The notes beneath the pieces are model-generated. The model was not told where the DNA came from. It saw only the letters and a program-made list of their open reading frames with translations, and did no database searches. From Candidatus Saccharimonadales bacterium (GTDB lineage Bacteria > Patescibacteriota > Saccharimonadia > Saccharimonadales > JAYRRP01): a stretch of 64,000 nt of DNA. The stretch is from assembly GCA_041910055.1 (NCBI GenBank), contig JAYRRP010000003.1:237973-301972 (forward strand). The letters run 5' to 3'. Below are positions 38,026 to 45,699 of the stretch, in pieces. Within the stretch, counting starts at the first letter, position 1, and each line of letters begins with the position of its first letter. Made by a program: the position numbers and the translations under genes.

Positions 38026-39057
38026 CTAGTACTTCTTAATTAAGTTTCGCCGGTTAAGCCAAGCCAGCTCATGTTTTTCGCCGAGCCAAAAAGCGAATAA
38101 TATTATTGCTACCACCGCATAGATTTGCCAGATAAGATAGAGCGGGGATCGTCCTGAAGGAAACTTTGGCCGAGTTGGCGAGGCGCCCCCAGCCAATCCG
38201 GATTTGTCATAGACAATGGCCATAACTTGCAAAAAGGTCTCGTGGCTATCTTTATCGGTTGCCTTTAATTCAACTGTAAAAGTCCCGGCTTGCTGATACG
38301 CATGCTGGAGCGTAATTTTTCCACTTGATGAGATACTTTTTAGATCTTGCTGACCATCCCCCCACTTTATAAGTAAGGCGTAGGGAGGGCTGCCATTAAT
38401 AAGTTCGAATTCCCACTCAAGGTTATCAGTTAATCTCACCCCCTTTACTCCAGTACTAGTGGTCATAATAAATTGCATAGTAGCCAATTGCTGTTGCGCG
38501 TCCCTTGAGGTTGGGCGAGAGCCGATCTGAGAGTTACTGTACCCGCCATTTCCGGTATTCTTTTGGTATATGACGGTCACATCTGAAGAATCAGGACCTG
38601 GTTGATCAGCAAAATCGTAATTACGGGCACGTAAGATGTTTTGTCCTTCCAGCAGACTCACCAGAAGCTGGAAACTGCCAGAATTGTTACAGATTGTACT
38701 GCCGGCGAACACATCATTTCGCCAAATTTTCACTACTAGATTTGGACCACATGTACCGCTAATAGCAATGGGAGTATCATGGACTACCTGGCCATTGGTG
38801 GGGCTCGTTATGGTAGCTGGAGTAGTTGGTGGCGGTCCGGCTACTACTCCTGATATATCCATTGAGCCGTTATAAGTAAGCGTAAGTGCTTGACTAATAA
38901 TGGGGGTGACACAAGCGAAGATTACCCCGCTAATAAACATAATAAGAGCGAGAGTCCAATACGAAGTATGGAAATGTGGCAATAACTTTCCGCTATGTTT
39001 GTGAGGACTGAAGCGTCTTGTGCGATTTTTATTTTTCGTGGCAGAGCGCCGGGACAT
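38026..39057 (-). CDS. two-TM surface protein with Ig-like and PKD-like domains and a His-rich N-terminal motif
   Basis: HKHSGKLLPHFHTSY precedes TM1. Ig-like PTNGQVV..TPIAISGTC...; PKD-like WGDGQ...HAYQQAGTFTVELKATD; C-terminal TM. Confidence 0.6.
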   Translation of the reverse strand: MSRRSATKNKNRTRRFSPHKHSGKLLPHFHTSYWTLALIMFISGVIFACVTPIISQALTLTYNGSMDISGVVAGPPPTTPATITSPTNGQVVHDTPIAISGTCGPNLVVKIWRNDVFAGSTICNNSGSFQLLVSLLEGQNILRARNYDFADQPGPDSSDVTVIYQKNTGNGGYSNSQIGSRPTSRDAQQQLATMQFIMTTSTGVKGVRLTDNLEWEFELINGSPPYALLIKWGDGQQDLKSISSSGKITLQHAYQQAGTFTVELKATDKDSHETFLQVMAIVYDKSGLAGGASPTRPKFPSGRSPLYLIWQIYAVVAIILFAFWLGEKHELAWLNRRNLIKKY

Positions 39058-39088
39058 GTGTCAATTATATCATTGCGTGCGTCGGCGT

Positions 39089-40084
39089 TTACTTGTTTCT
39101 TGATTTTCGGATTATATAGCGGTTATATCGTTTTAAGGTGAAACCAAACAGCAGGATTACTGTTATTACGAGTGCCAGGATGGCGAACAGTAGTTTCCAA
39201 GGGATAATCCAAAAGGTAATTTCGCGGGCAAGATTCTGTCCGGAATTGCCGTATGTTAGTTGTAGCTTTGCTTTGAAGCGGCCAATGAGCCAAGGCTTGT
39301 TCCATGTTTGCTCAAAGCGTCTGATACTTTTGGGTAACACATTTTTTGGCGGATCGTTGACGGGGAGGGAAGCAACCGTTTTACCAAATAAATTTTTTAC
39401 TTCAACAGTTCCTTTTGTTTTGACATGAATATTACCTGTATTTTGGATCCTCTCTACAAAGGTGAGGGGGCCTCGTTCAAAAAAGCTGCGTTGATACTCA
39501 TTCTGGCTGGCGTAAAAACTGGCGATTTGAGCTGATTCTTTCACGTTACCTGAGACTCGTATCAGTACCAGTGTACCAATACTGGCAGATAGGGCGACTG
39601 CGCTATCATCGTTTTCAAGTTCTGGCGGGACGCCGCTAAATCGCACTACTCCGTAATGACCGCCCGGCTCGGCATCACCTGGAACATTGATGGTTACAGG
39701 TATTACTTTGCTTTCTTGTGTCTTGAAAAGATTATTGGGTATAGACGCAACCCAGTGCCGCATCGAGAAGGTTTGATTCTCTGGTGAGTCTTGTAGGAAT
39801 ATTTCCGGGTCACCAGACTCATTTTTGGCACCAAAATCATTTACTTGGGCTTTCGCCAAAAGTGACCCTGAAGTCGTATTTTTTAACTTGAGATTAATCG
39901 TATAACTTTTCCCGGGATCAGCATTAAGTTCAAGCAGTACAGGGGATATCTGAAAGCCTTGACCATTTGACGAAGGAGTGGACTGCGCCCATGCCCATGA
40001 AGCTATATTGAATACGGTTGAGCCTATAATAAGAAGACTTGCAGTAAATCCAAAAACCAAGCGGGCAAAGCGGCGTTGTCTCAT
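39089..40084 (-). CDS. CscA-like cell-surface protein (DUF916 + DUF3324-like architecture)
   Basis: Signal peptide, GFQISPV..., AEPGGHYGVVRF, IQNTGN..., LPKSIRRFE, C-terminal TM plus a basic tail. Paralog of 41762-42676. Confidence 0.6.
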   Translation of the reverse strand: MRQRRFARLVFGFTASLLIIGSTVFNIASWAWAQSTPSSNGQGFQISPVLLELNADPGKSYTINLKLKNTTSGSLLAKAQVNDFGAKNESGDPEIFLQDSPENQTFSMRHWVASIPNNLFKTQESKVIPVTINVPGDAEPGGHYGVVRFSGVPPELENDDSAVALSASIGTLVLIRVSGNVKESAQIASFYASQNEYQRSFFERGPLTFVERIQNTGNIHVKTKGTVEVKNLFGKTVASLPVNDPPKNVLPKSIRRFEQTWNKPWLIGRFKAKLQLTYGNSGQNLAREITFWIIPWKLLFAILALVITVILLFGFTLKRYNRYIIRKSRNK

Positions 40085-40105
40085 TCTATGGTTATTATAA
40101 CAGGG

Positions 40106-41164
40106 CTAGAAGGTGGCAGTGCAGATGTAGGTGTAGGTGCCAGTATAGGTGCCCGGTTCTGTGGTGCCAGCAATATTGGCGATGTATGAGACGGTAAATT
40201 TAGTAGCATTGGAGGCAGCACTTTTGCTTACGACAGTGTTGCCAGTAACAAATTTAAAACTGTCTATTGTGCCATAACCAGTTCCATAGGTAAGGTTTGT
40301 GGTGTCAGTTGGATCAGTTCCCACATTTGGGGTGGCGTTGTCCCGCACGTTAATTCCGAATTGTTCGCTGCCCTGGGATGACGCTGAGCCGGATCCAGAA
40401 GTGATGGCGTCTATGGTATTTCCGCCTGACGTGAGTGTGGCGCCGTTGATGGTAATTGCGTAGCCGCTGCTGCCGTTAGTGGAAGCTGCCATTACTGATG
40501 TACCGTTACCAGTTGAGGTAGTAGTGAGATTACCGAGCGAAACTGATGTACCAGAAATTGTTCCACAATCTGTGCCTGTTATAGAGGTACCGGCACAAAA
40601 GGTCAATGTTTCATCAACTGAAGCAGAGACAGTGATCTGGCTGGCAGTGCTTGTCGCTACCGTGCCGGAGTCTACGGCCGTCGTCCAGGCGTCGTCCGAA
40701 TAGGTAGTGATACGAGCAAAAAAGCTAGTATTGTTTGCTGTTGGATTGGTAACATTCCCAAAAGTAATGGTAGTAGTACCGGAGGGCGCAGCCGAGTTGC
40801 CGGTCTTTTTAAGACGAAGTTTGCCAGCAGTCGAAGTGTTCACTGTCCACCCGGAGGCATCACCAAGATTCGTTGGTTGCGAGGGGAGGGTAGTGCTTGA
40901 GTTTGAGAAGCCAGAGGGAGTGCTGCAGCTGCCGCTGGCAGTGGTGCAAATAACTGCTTCAGCCGATTGCAGGGTAGTACCCGAAGGAAGCGTCATAGTA
41001 AAGGTGTAGGTGACCCCGGTGGCAGCGCCTGCAGAATCAGATAAGGTGAGCTTGCGACCAGTAATCTGTGCGGCAGAAACAGTAAGAGGAAGCAGTGCGT
41101 AAGCAACAAGTGCAAGGGATAAGGCAAGTGCCAGCGGTCGGGTAATTAAGGTGTTTTTTACCAT
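40106..41164 (-). CDS. secreted Thr/Ser/Gly-rich beta protein, WxL-like
   Basis: Signal peptide ...LTVSA/AQ; SSGYAITINGATLTSGGNTI; C-terminal EPGTYTGTYTYICTATF resembles the WxL C-terminal G.Y..T(L/V)TW motif. Confidence 0.5.
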   Translation of the reverse strand: MVKNTLITRPLALALSLALVAYALLPLTVSAAQITGRKLTLSDSAGAATGVTYTFTMTLPSGTTLQSAEAVICTTASGSCSTPSGFSNSSTTLPSQPTNLGDASGWTVNTSTAGKLRLKKTGNSAAPSGTTTITFGNVTNPTANNTSFFARITTYSDDAWTTAVDSGTVATSTASQITVSASVDETLTFCAGTSITGTDCGTISGTSVSLGNLTTTSTGNGTSVMAASTNGSSGYAITINGATLTSGGNTIDAITSGSGSASSQGSEQFGINVRDNATPNVGTDPTDTTNLTYGTGYGTIDSFKFVTGNTVVSKSAASNATKFTVSYIANIAGTTEPGTYTGTYTYICTATF

Positions 41165-41205
41165 TTTTACTGTAAGCAGTTTAATTGGTAGTATAGTAAC
41201 AGGCT

Positions 41206-41775
41206 ATGCATCAAAAAACAAATCAGGTCAAGAGAAAATTACGCAGGTATATAAACGTGCTTGTCATCGGGGTATTTGTGGCTTTCTTAGGTAAGGTGGC
41301 GGCACAGCCATACGGCCAAGGGAAGTATAACGAAAACGTACCCTATGGTTCACAAACCTCCTTAACTATCTCTAACAACGGGAATGTATCTATTCCCATT
41401 ACACCTGCCGATACAGCGATTCTAGGGACTGGCTCGAGTGTAGTCACAGTGACGAGTACGGATGTGGTTGGGTATAAGCTCTATATTCGGGCGAATCAAG
41501 CGACCACGAATTTGGTAAATGGGCCAGATACTATCCCGGCAAGTGCTAACGGTACACCTGCGGCGTTGGCGGTTAATACCTGGGGCTATAACACGGACGC
41601 TTCAAGTAACTTTACTGGTATTATTCTAAGTGACGCATTAATCAAGACTGCCAATGGCCCTTTTCCGTCTGGTGATAATACGACAGTTACCTATGGGATA
41701 AAAATAGATAATTCTAAACCAGCCGGCGTATACTCAGCCACTGTAATGTACACCGCCGCGCCTATGACTGATTGA
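41206..41775 (+). CDS. small secreted WxL-like beta protein
   Basis: Signal peptide; VVGYKLYIRAN...; C-terminal PAGVYSATVMYTAAPMTD. Opposite strand to its neighbours; 3' end overlaps the 41762 gene by 14 nt. Confidence 0.5.
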   Translation: MHQKTNQVKRKLRRYINVLVIGVFVAFLGKVAAQPYGQGKYNENVPYGSQTSLTISNNGNVSIPITPADTAILGTGSSVVTVTSTDVVGYKLYIRANQATTNLVNGPDTIPASANGTPAALAVNTWGYNTDASSNFTGIILSDALIKTANGPFPSGDNTTVTYGIKIDNSKPAGVYSATVMYTAAPMTD

Positions 41776-42676
41776 TGTGTTTCTTTTGTTTATACCGATG
41801 GGAACGCCTATCGGTCAAGTATTTTCGCACAAGCCAAATGACAGCAATGAACAAAAGGATAGAGAAACAAATAAGCCAAAAGATAGGGAATACCACTACC
41901 CAAGTTGACTTAACAGACTTTGTTTGGTCTGCAAATCTCATGTCAGCCTGTAGCTTATAAATACCGGGTAAGCGGGGGGATTTTAGGGTTGTTTTAAACG
42001 AGCGGATAGTACCAGGCAGGAGTAAGCCATGTACACGTACTTGCGATAATTCAGAGTTCCAGATTGTCTTAAGACGTACCCACCCATCAATACTATAGTG
42101 CGTATTACCAGTATCTTCGATCCTAAGCGTGGCCGGTATAGCACCCCTCTTTTGCCAGAAGGGTGTGCGAAAGTCTGTAAAACGTGCAGATTTTACAAGC
42201 TGTCCGGCTACCTCAAAATAGAAGAGAGAAGCAACCCGTTTAATTTGGACGATGTCTTTGTTGGTATCACTGGATGGCTCAATCTGAGCAAAAATAGCTA
42301 CATAATGTCCGCCGGGTTCGGCTAATGGTGGCGTTTTAATTTGGTAATTTATAAGTTGAGAAGAATTTGCCGGCATGTGAATTTTGGTTTGATCAAAACG
42401 AAACCAGTTACTAGCTGATAATGGATTATTCGGTTGATCAAATTCTTGATCGTAGGCTTCATTTTTTACCGTAAAGTTTGCAGCATAAACGTCGACGTTG
42501 AAATCTACGTCGCCACTGTTTTTTAACTTTATAGAACCCATCGACGTCTGGCCAGGGACAAGTTTGATGTCTTGTCTGAGAGGGCTAATTGTCAAGCTTT
42601 CGCGGCTAGCTAAAGCACTGGTTGGTATACCCAAAAATAAGATAAATAAAAAGCTAAAAATTAATCGTTTCGACAT
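41762..42676 (-). CDS. CscA-like cell-surface protein (DUF916 + DUF3324-like), paralog 2
   Basis: ATG 42676 (MSKRLIFSFLFILFLG signal). LTISPL..., AEPGGHYVAIF, IEDTGN, LPGTIRSFK, C-terminal TM plus a basic tail. Confidence 0.6.
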   Translation of the reverse strand: MSKRLIFSFLFILFLGIPTSALASRESLTISPLRQDIKLVPGQTSMGSIKLKNSGDVDFNVDVYAANFTVKNEAYDQEFDQPNNPLSASNWFRFDQTKIHMPANSSQLINYQIKTPPLAEPGGHYVAIFAQIEPSSDTNKDIVQIKRVASLFYFEVAGQLVKSARFTDFRTPFWQKRGAIPATLRIEDTGNTHYSIDGWVRLKTIWNSELSQVRVHGLLLPGTIRSFKTTLKSPRLPGIYKLQADMRFADQTKSVKSTWVVVFPIFWLICFSILLFIAVIWLVRKYLTDRRSHRYKQKKHINQS

Positions 42677-42687
42677 TGGATGATGCG

Positions 42688-43836
42688 TCAAAAATCCGTT
42701 CCCATCAGCGGGGCGTTGTGGAGCTGACTATGAATAATCAACCTCGGACCAACAGCAGTCGAAGTTACAGCTGCACTGGCTCGCAGCTGCGGATTGTAAT
42801 TAGTGGCATTAGCCAAAGTGACTGCCGAAGTGGAACGAACCCGTGTTTTGGTCGTCGAGGTCGTACTTATAGTTACTAGATCAGTACTGCCATCATTGAG
42901 ATCAAGGTAAGCCGTGTTAGCACCACTGATAAGCATGGTAGCCTCAAAGTAGACAGTATTGGTAGCCACAAACCATTCGCTGGTATTCCAAGTAATCAAT
43001 CCATCAAGACTTGTATCTGTCGTTGCCGAAGCGGTCAATTGGGCTGTACGCAGCGGGTAATGTGTTTCTGTTTTCGTAAAGCCTGTTTGTTGAATAATAA
43101 TTTTACAACTGCCGATTTGAGCATTAAATAAGGCGTTGGCCGATCTAATCCTTGCAATGTAGGTTGTACCATCGGTCAATGTTATTGCTCCAGATCGCGT
43201 ACGAGCACCGGTAGTGCCTGTAACCGAGACTGAAGTTATTTGATTTGAACTAGTATCATAAAGATACGCTGTAGCTGCTATGCCTGCACCAGTCGAGCGG
43301 CAACCGGCTTCGAAATAAATACTAACAGTTCCATCGTACTTACTAGCATCATAGAAGAAACGATATGTAAAGGTGTGATCAACAATAGCCGTACTGGTTG
43401 TGGCCTGTAATTGACCACACAGCGGTATTTGAGTCTCGGTTTTAGTAATGCCGCCAGTTTGAATTACTATTAAACGAGCTGTGTAGAGCGTCGTCGTGAC
43501 TCCGGAAGCTGATCTGATACCTACTATGTAGTTGGTATTGTCTGATAGATTAGCACTAATATCACCAGAGCGGACGACTTGAGTAGTAGTGCTAGTAGTA
43601 GTTACTTCACTGCTGGTGACAAGCGTGCCCGATGTATTAGTTAATCGCGCGTAAGCATTACTTCCGTTACTACTTTTTAAAACCGCTTCAAAATAAACTG
43701 CCACCGTACCATCATAGGCATCGACATCCCAATAGTGCCCTGAAGCATCATTGGTACTTGCTGTCACCGCAGTGGTACTAGTAGTGGTGGCACTTGTTTC
43801 AGAAAACAGGTTGATAACCTTAACTATTTTGGCCAT
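42688..43836 (-). CDS. hypothetical protein made of three tandem ~120-aa repeats, no signal peptide
   Basis: ATG 43836 after an AGGGA SD. Each repeat carries YDGTV.(V/I)YFEA, RSG.I, Y...IRSA and (R/K)(L/I)I(V/I)(I/Q)QTG.TKTET. Confidence 0.6.
   Translation of the reverse strand: MAKIVKVINLFSETSATTTSTTAVTASTNDASGHYWDVDAYDGTVAVYFEAVLKSSNGSNAYARLTNTSGTLVTSSEVTTTSTTTQVVRSGDISANLSDNTNYIVGIRSASGVTTTLYTARLIVIQTGGITKTETQIPLCGQLQATTSTAIVDHTFTYRFFYDASKYDGTVSIYFEAGCRSTGAGIAATAYLYDTSSNQITSVSVTGTTGARTRSGAITLTDGTTYIARIRSANALFNAQIGSCKIIIQQTGFTKTETHYPLRTAQLTASATTDTSLDGLITWNTSEWFVATNTVYFEATMLISGANTAYLDLNDGSTDLVTISTTSTTKTRVRSTSAVTLANATNYNPQLRASAAVTSTAVGPRLIIHSQLHNAPLMGTDF
42721..43797 (-). repeat. three tandem coding repeats (about 43420-43797, 43054-43419, 42721-43053)
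   Basis: Protein-level periodicity: YFEA at residues 49, 175 and 297; RSG/RST at 90, 215 and 335; IRSA/LRASA at 108, 231 and 352. Confidence 0.6.
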
Positions 43837-43854
43837 CAATCATCCCTATTAACG

Positions 43855-45024
43855 TTAGCTAAAATTAAGGTTAGCTGCAGCATAATAATTAGTTCCATCA
43901 TAATAAAAAGTCACTATATCTATTGCACTAACGGCAGTCGACAGAGTCGGAGCCGTTCCACCGGGCCACTTAAAATTAGTCGGCCAGGTACCAATTGTTT
44001 TACTACCTCCCGACCCTTGAATCAAACGCAGCAGAAAATTCCCCGGACCGGGCGGGGCTGTCCAGTTGGTATTAAGATTAACATTAGTGTTATCAATCGT
44101 CATTGATTGTTTTTGGCCGTTATTCCAGTTAATTGTCGGTGCAGTTCCGGAATTGCCATTGCTATACTCTGAGAAATAGACATCCTTGCCAGACATGTTG
44201 ACGTGGCTCTGGGGGGCTATTTTGCCCGTGCCCTTACCGGCAAGTTTAATGTCAATGTTTGTATCATTACCAGTCGCCGAAAGCTGTGGGGAGGTTGTAG
44301 TAGCCGCATTCGTAATAGTCAGCTCATTTACAGCCGAGGCAGTTTGTGAAAACTTGATATATTCATTGCTGTTACCATCAATGATGGAGCCGGTATCCGC
44401 GATCTTTGGAGTTGTCAGGGTTTTATTACTCAATGTCTCGGTGCCCGCAAGCGTTGCTAGGGTAGCGTCATAATCCGGCACGGATAAAGTTCGAGTAGTA
44501 CTGGTAGAAATCGCGCTAACTTCGAAGGCTAGTTTCTTGGTGTTATCACCGTTATCTTTAATGCGAAAAACATTATCGACATACTCATTGCCTCCACTAG
44601 GAGCTGCCCAGCTAGGGAGACCGCTTGCTACAGTGAGCACATCATTGGTCGATCCAATCGCTAAGCGGACAATATTACCACCTGAATCCCGGTAAAAGAC
44701 GTCACCGGTGGCAGCTGAGCCTGCATCATAGTACATTACTCTCCGTCGGTTGCTAGAACCAGAAGTCTGGGTGTAATAAAGTAGTCCGGAAGAATCAACT
44801 TCTAGTGAACCAGCCACTGGCGTAGTTAGAAGCGCAGCGCTAGTCGTGGTGAATGTTAGGGGTGCTAGTGACGAAGTGCCCGCACGAACGGTGATGCCTT
44901 GATGCATACCATTGCTGGCGTTGTCAGATCCAGTGTTGTAATGTTCTTTTCCGAGGAACTGATTAAGAATGGTGCCCCATTGCCCATCATCACCTCCTAC
45001 TGTCGGTAGTCTTTGCTCAGCCAT
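43855..45024 (-). CDS. phage tail-fibre / receptor-binding-protein-like protein, no signal peptide
   Basis: N-terminus LPTVGGDDGQWGTILNQFL and FRIKDNGDNTKKLAFEVSAISTSTTRTLSVPD...TLSNKTLTTP resemble motifs I recall from tail-fibre proteins. C-terminus ..WPGGTAPTLS..IDIVTFYYDGTNYY. Confidence 0.5.
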   Translation of the reverse strand: MAEQRLPTVGGDDGQWGTILNQFLGKEHYNTGSDNASNGMHQGITVRAGTSSLAPLTFTTTSAALLTTPVAGSLEVDSSGLLYYTQTSGSSNRRRVMYYDAGSAATGDVFYRDSGGNIVRLAIGSTNDVLTVASGLPSWAAPSGGNEYVDNVFRIKDNGDNTKKLAFEVSAISTSTTRTLSVPDYDATLATLAGTETLSNKTLTTPKIADTGSIIDGNSNEYIKFSQTASAVNELTITNAATTTSPQLSATGNDTNIDIKLAGKGTGKIAPQSHVNMSGKDVYFSEYSNGNSGTAPTINWNNGQKQSMTIDNTNVNLNTNWTAPPGPGNFLLRLIQGSGGSKTIGTWPTNFKWPGGTAPTLSTAVSAIDIVTFYYDGTNYYAAANLNFS

Positions 45025-45095
45025 ACTTTCTATGTGCTCACTTGCTTTTGATCACGAAAACAGCTTAAAACAGATTGTGCCAGCTGTCAGTGTTA

Positions 45096-45124
45096 ATTAT
45101 AAGGCAAGCATAAGGAGCAGACAA
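45096..45124 (-). promoter_or_regulatory. near-consensus promoter TTGTCT-17 nt-TATAAT for the 45024-41762 operon
   Basis: Minus-strand TTGTCT at 45119-45124, TATAAT at 45096-45101, about 65-nt leader. Confidence 0.55.
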
Positions 45125-45142
45125 AATCAAAGAAACCCCTAT

Positions 45143-45382
45143 TTAGGCTTGGGGTGGTGATTTCCGTGGACTAATAAGCACGTTGAGGTCATCTGCATCG
45201 GCAACAGTATTGGCGCGAGCTACTTGAGCGGCCGTATCGCTTCGCGCGGCAATAATGACTTCACGCACATAATTTTTGAGCAGGCTTTCGCAATCCTTGA
45301 ACCCTACGCTCTTTGCCACTGATAAAAGTTCAACATAAAGAGCAGCAGGAAGTGTTAGGCGAATTTCTTTTTGGTCTCTCAT
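45143..45382 (-). CDS. ribbon-helix-helix (CopG/Arc-like) DNA-binding protein
   Basis: KEIRLTLPAALYVELLSVAK (beta strand plus helix A) and ESLLKNYVREVIIAA (helix B); 79 aa. Confidence 0.5.
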   Translation of the reverse strand: MRDQKEIRLTLPAALYVELLSVAKSVGFKDCESLLKNYVREVIIAARSDTAAQVARANTVADADDLNVLISPRKSPPQA

Positions 45383-45390
45383 CGTCTCTT

Positions 45391-45419
45391 ATGATACGGC
45401 GGAGAGGAGTGAAGCGCAA
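45391..45419 (-). promoter_or_regulatory. promoter TTGCGC-17 nt-TATCAT, 8 nt before the RHH gene ATG (leaderless)
   Basis: Minus-strand hexamers at 45414-45419 and 45391-45396; ATG at 45382. Confidence 0.5.
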
Positions 45420-45431
45420 ACGGTAGTTTAT

Positions 45432-45644
45432 TTAAATTCCGTATTTGCCGTTTCCAAATTTACTTTTGCTCTGTGGTGACGATGGAGTAGAAGGTCTGTG
45501 TAGCTGCTGATTAGTGCGTAATAATGAAGAAATCACTGCGTTTATCCCAATTAAACCGAGCAGAGCCAAACCGATTTCTTTTAAGAAATCCTTGCGGCTC
45601 ATCGGCCGATCCATGATTTTCTGTACGATATCTTTTCTTTTCAT
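45432..45644 (-). CDS. 70-aa protein consisting essentially of a Tat-type signal peptide plus a short tail
   Basis: MSRKDFLKEIGLALLGLIGINAVISS matches S-R-(R/K)-x-F-L-K plus an h-region. Tail ...SKSKFGNGKYGI. Lies 55 nt downstream of tatC. Confidence 0.5.
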   Translation of the reverse strand: MKRKDIVQKIMDRPMSRKDFLKEIGLALLGLIGINAVISSLLRTNQQLHRPSTPSSPQSKSKFGNGKYGI

Positions 45645-45699
45645 GACCCTATTCCGTTATAGCATGAAACCATAAGTATTCAACCAAGAAAGTCTTATA

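Noticed and set aside
42688-45024. Possible prophage remnant, because of the tail-fibre-like protein.
   Set aside because: No integrase, terminase, capsid, portal, tape-measure or lysis genes occur, and no att-like repeats or tRNA flank it. The genes are embedded in, and tightly spaced with, a cellular surface locus.
42688-45024. Diversity-generating retroelement targeting the Thr/Ser/Asn-rich proteins.
   Set aside because: No reverse transcriptase ORF and no template/variable repeat pair at the DNA level is visible anywhere in the window.
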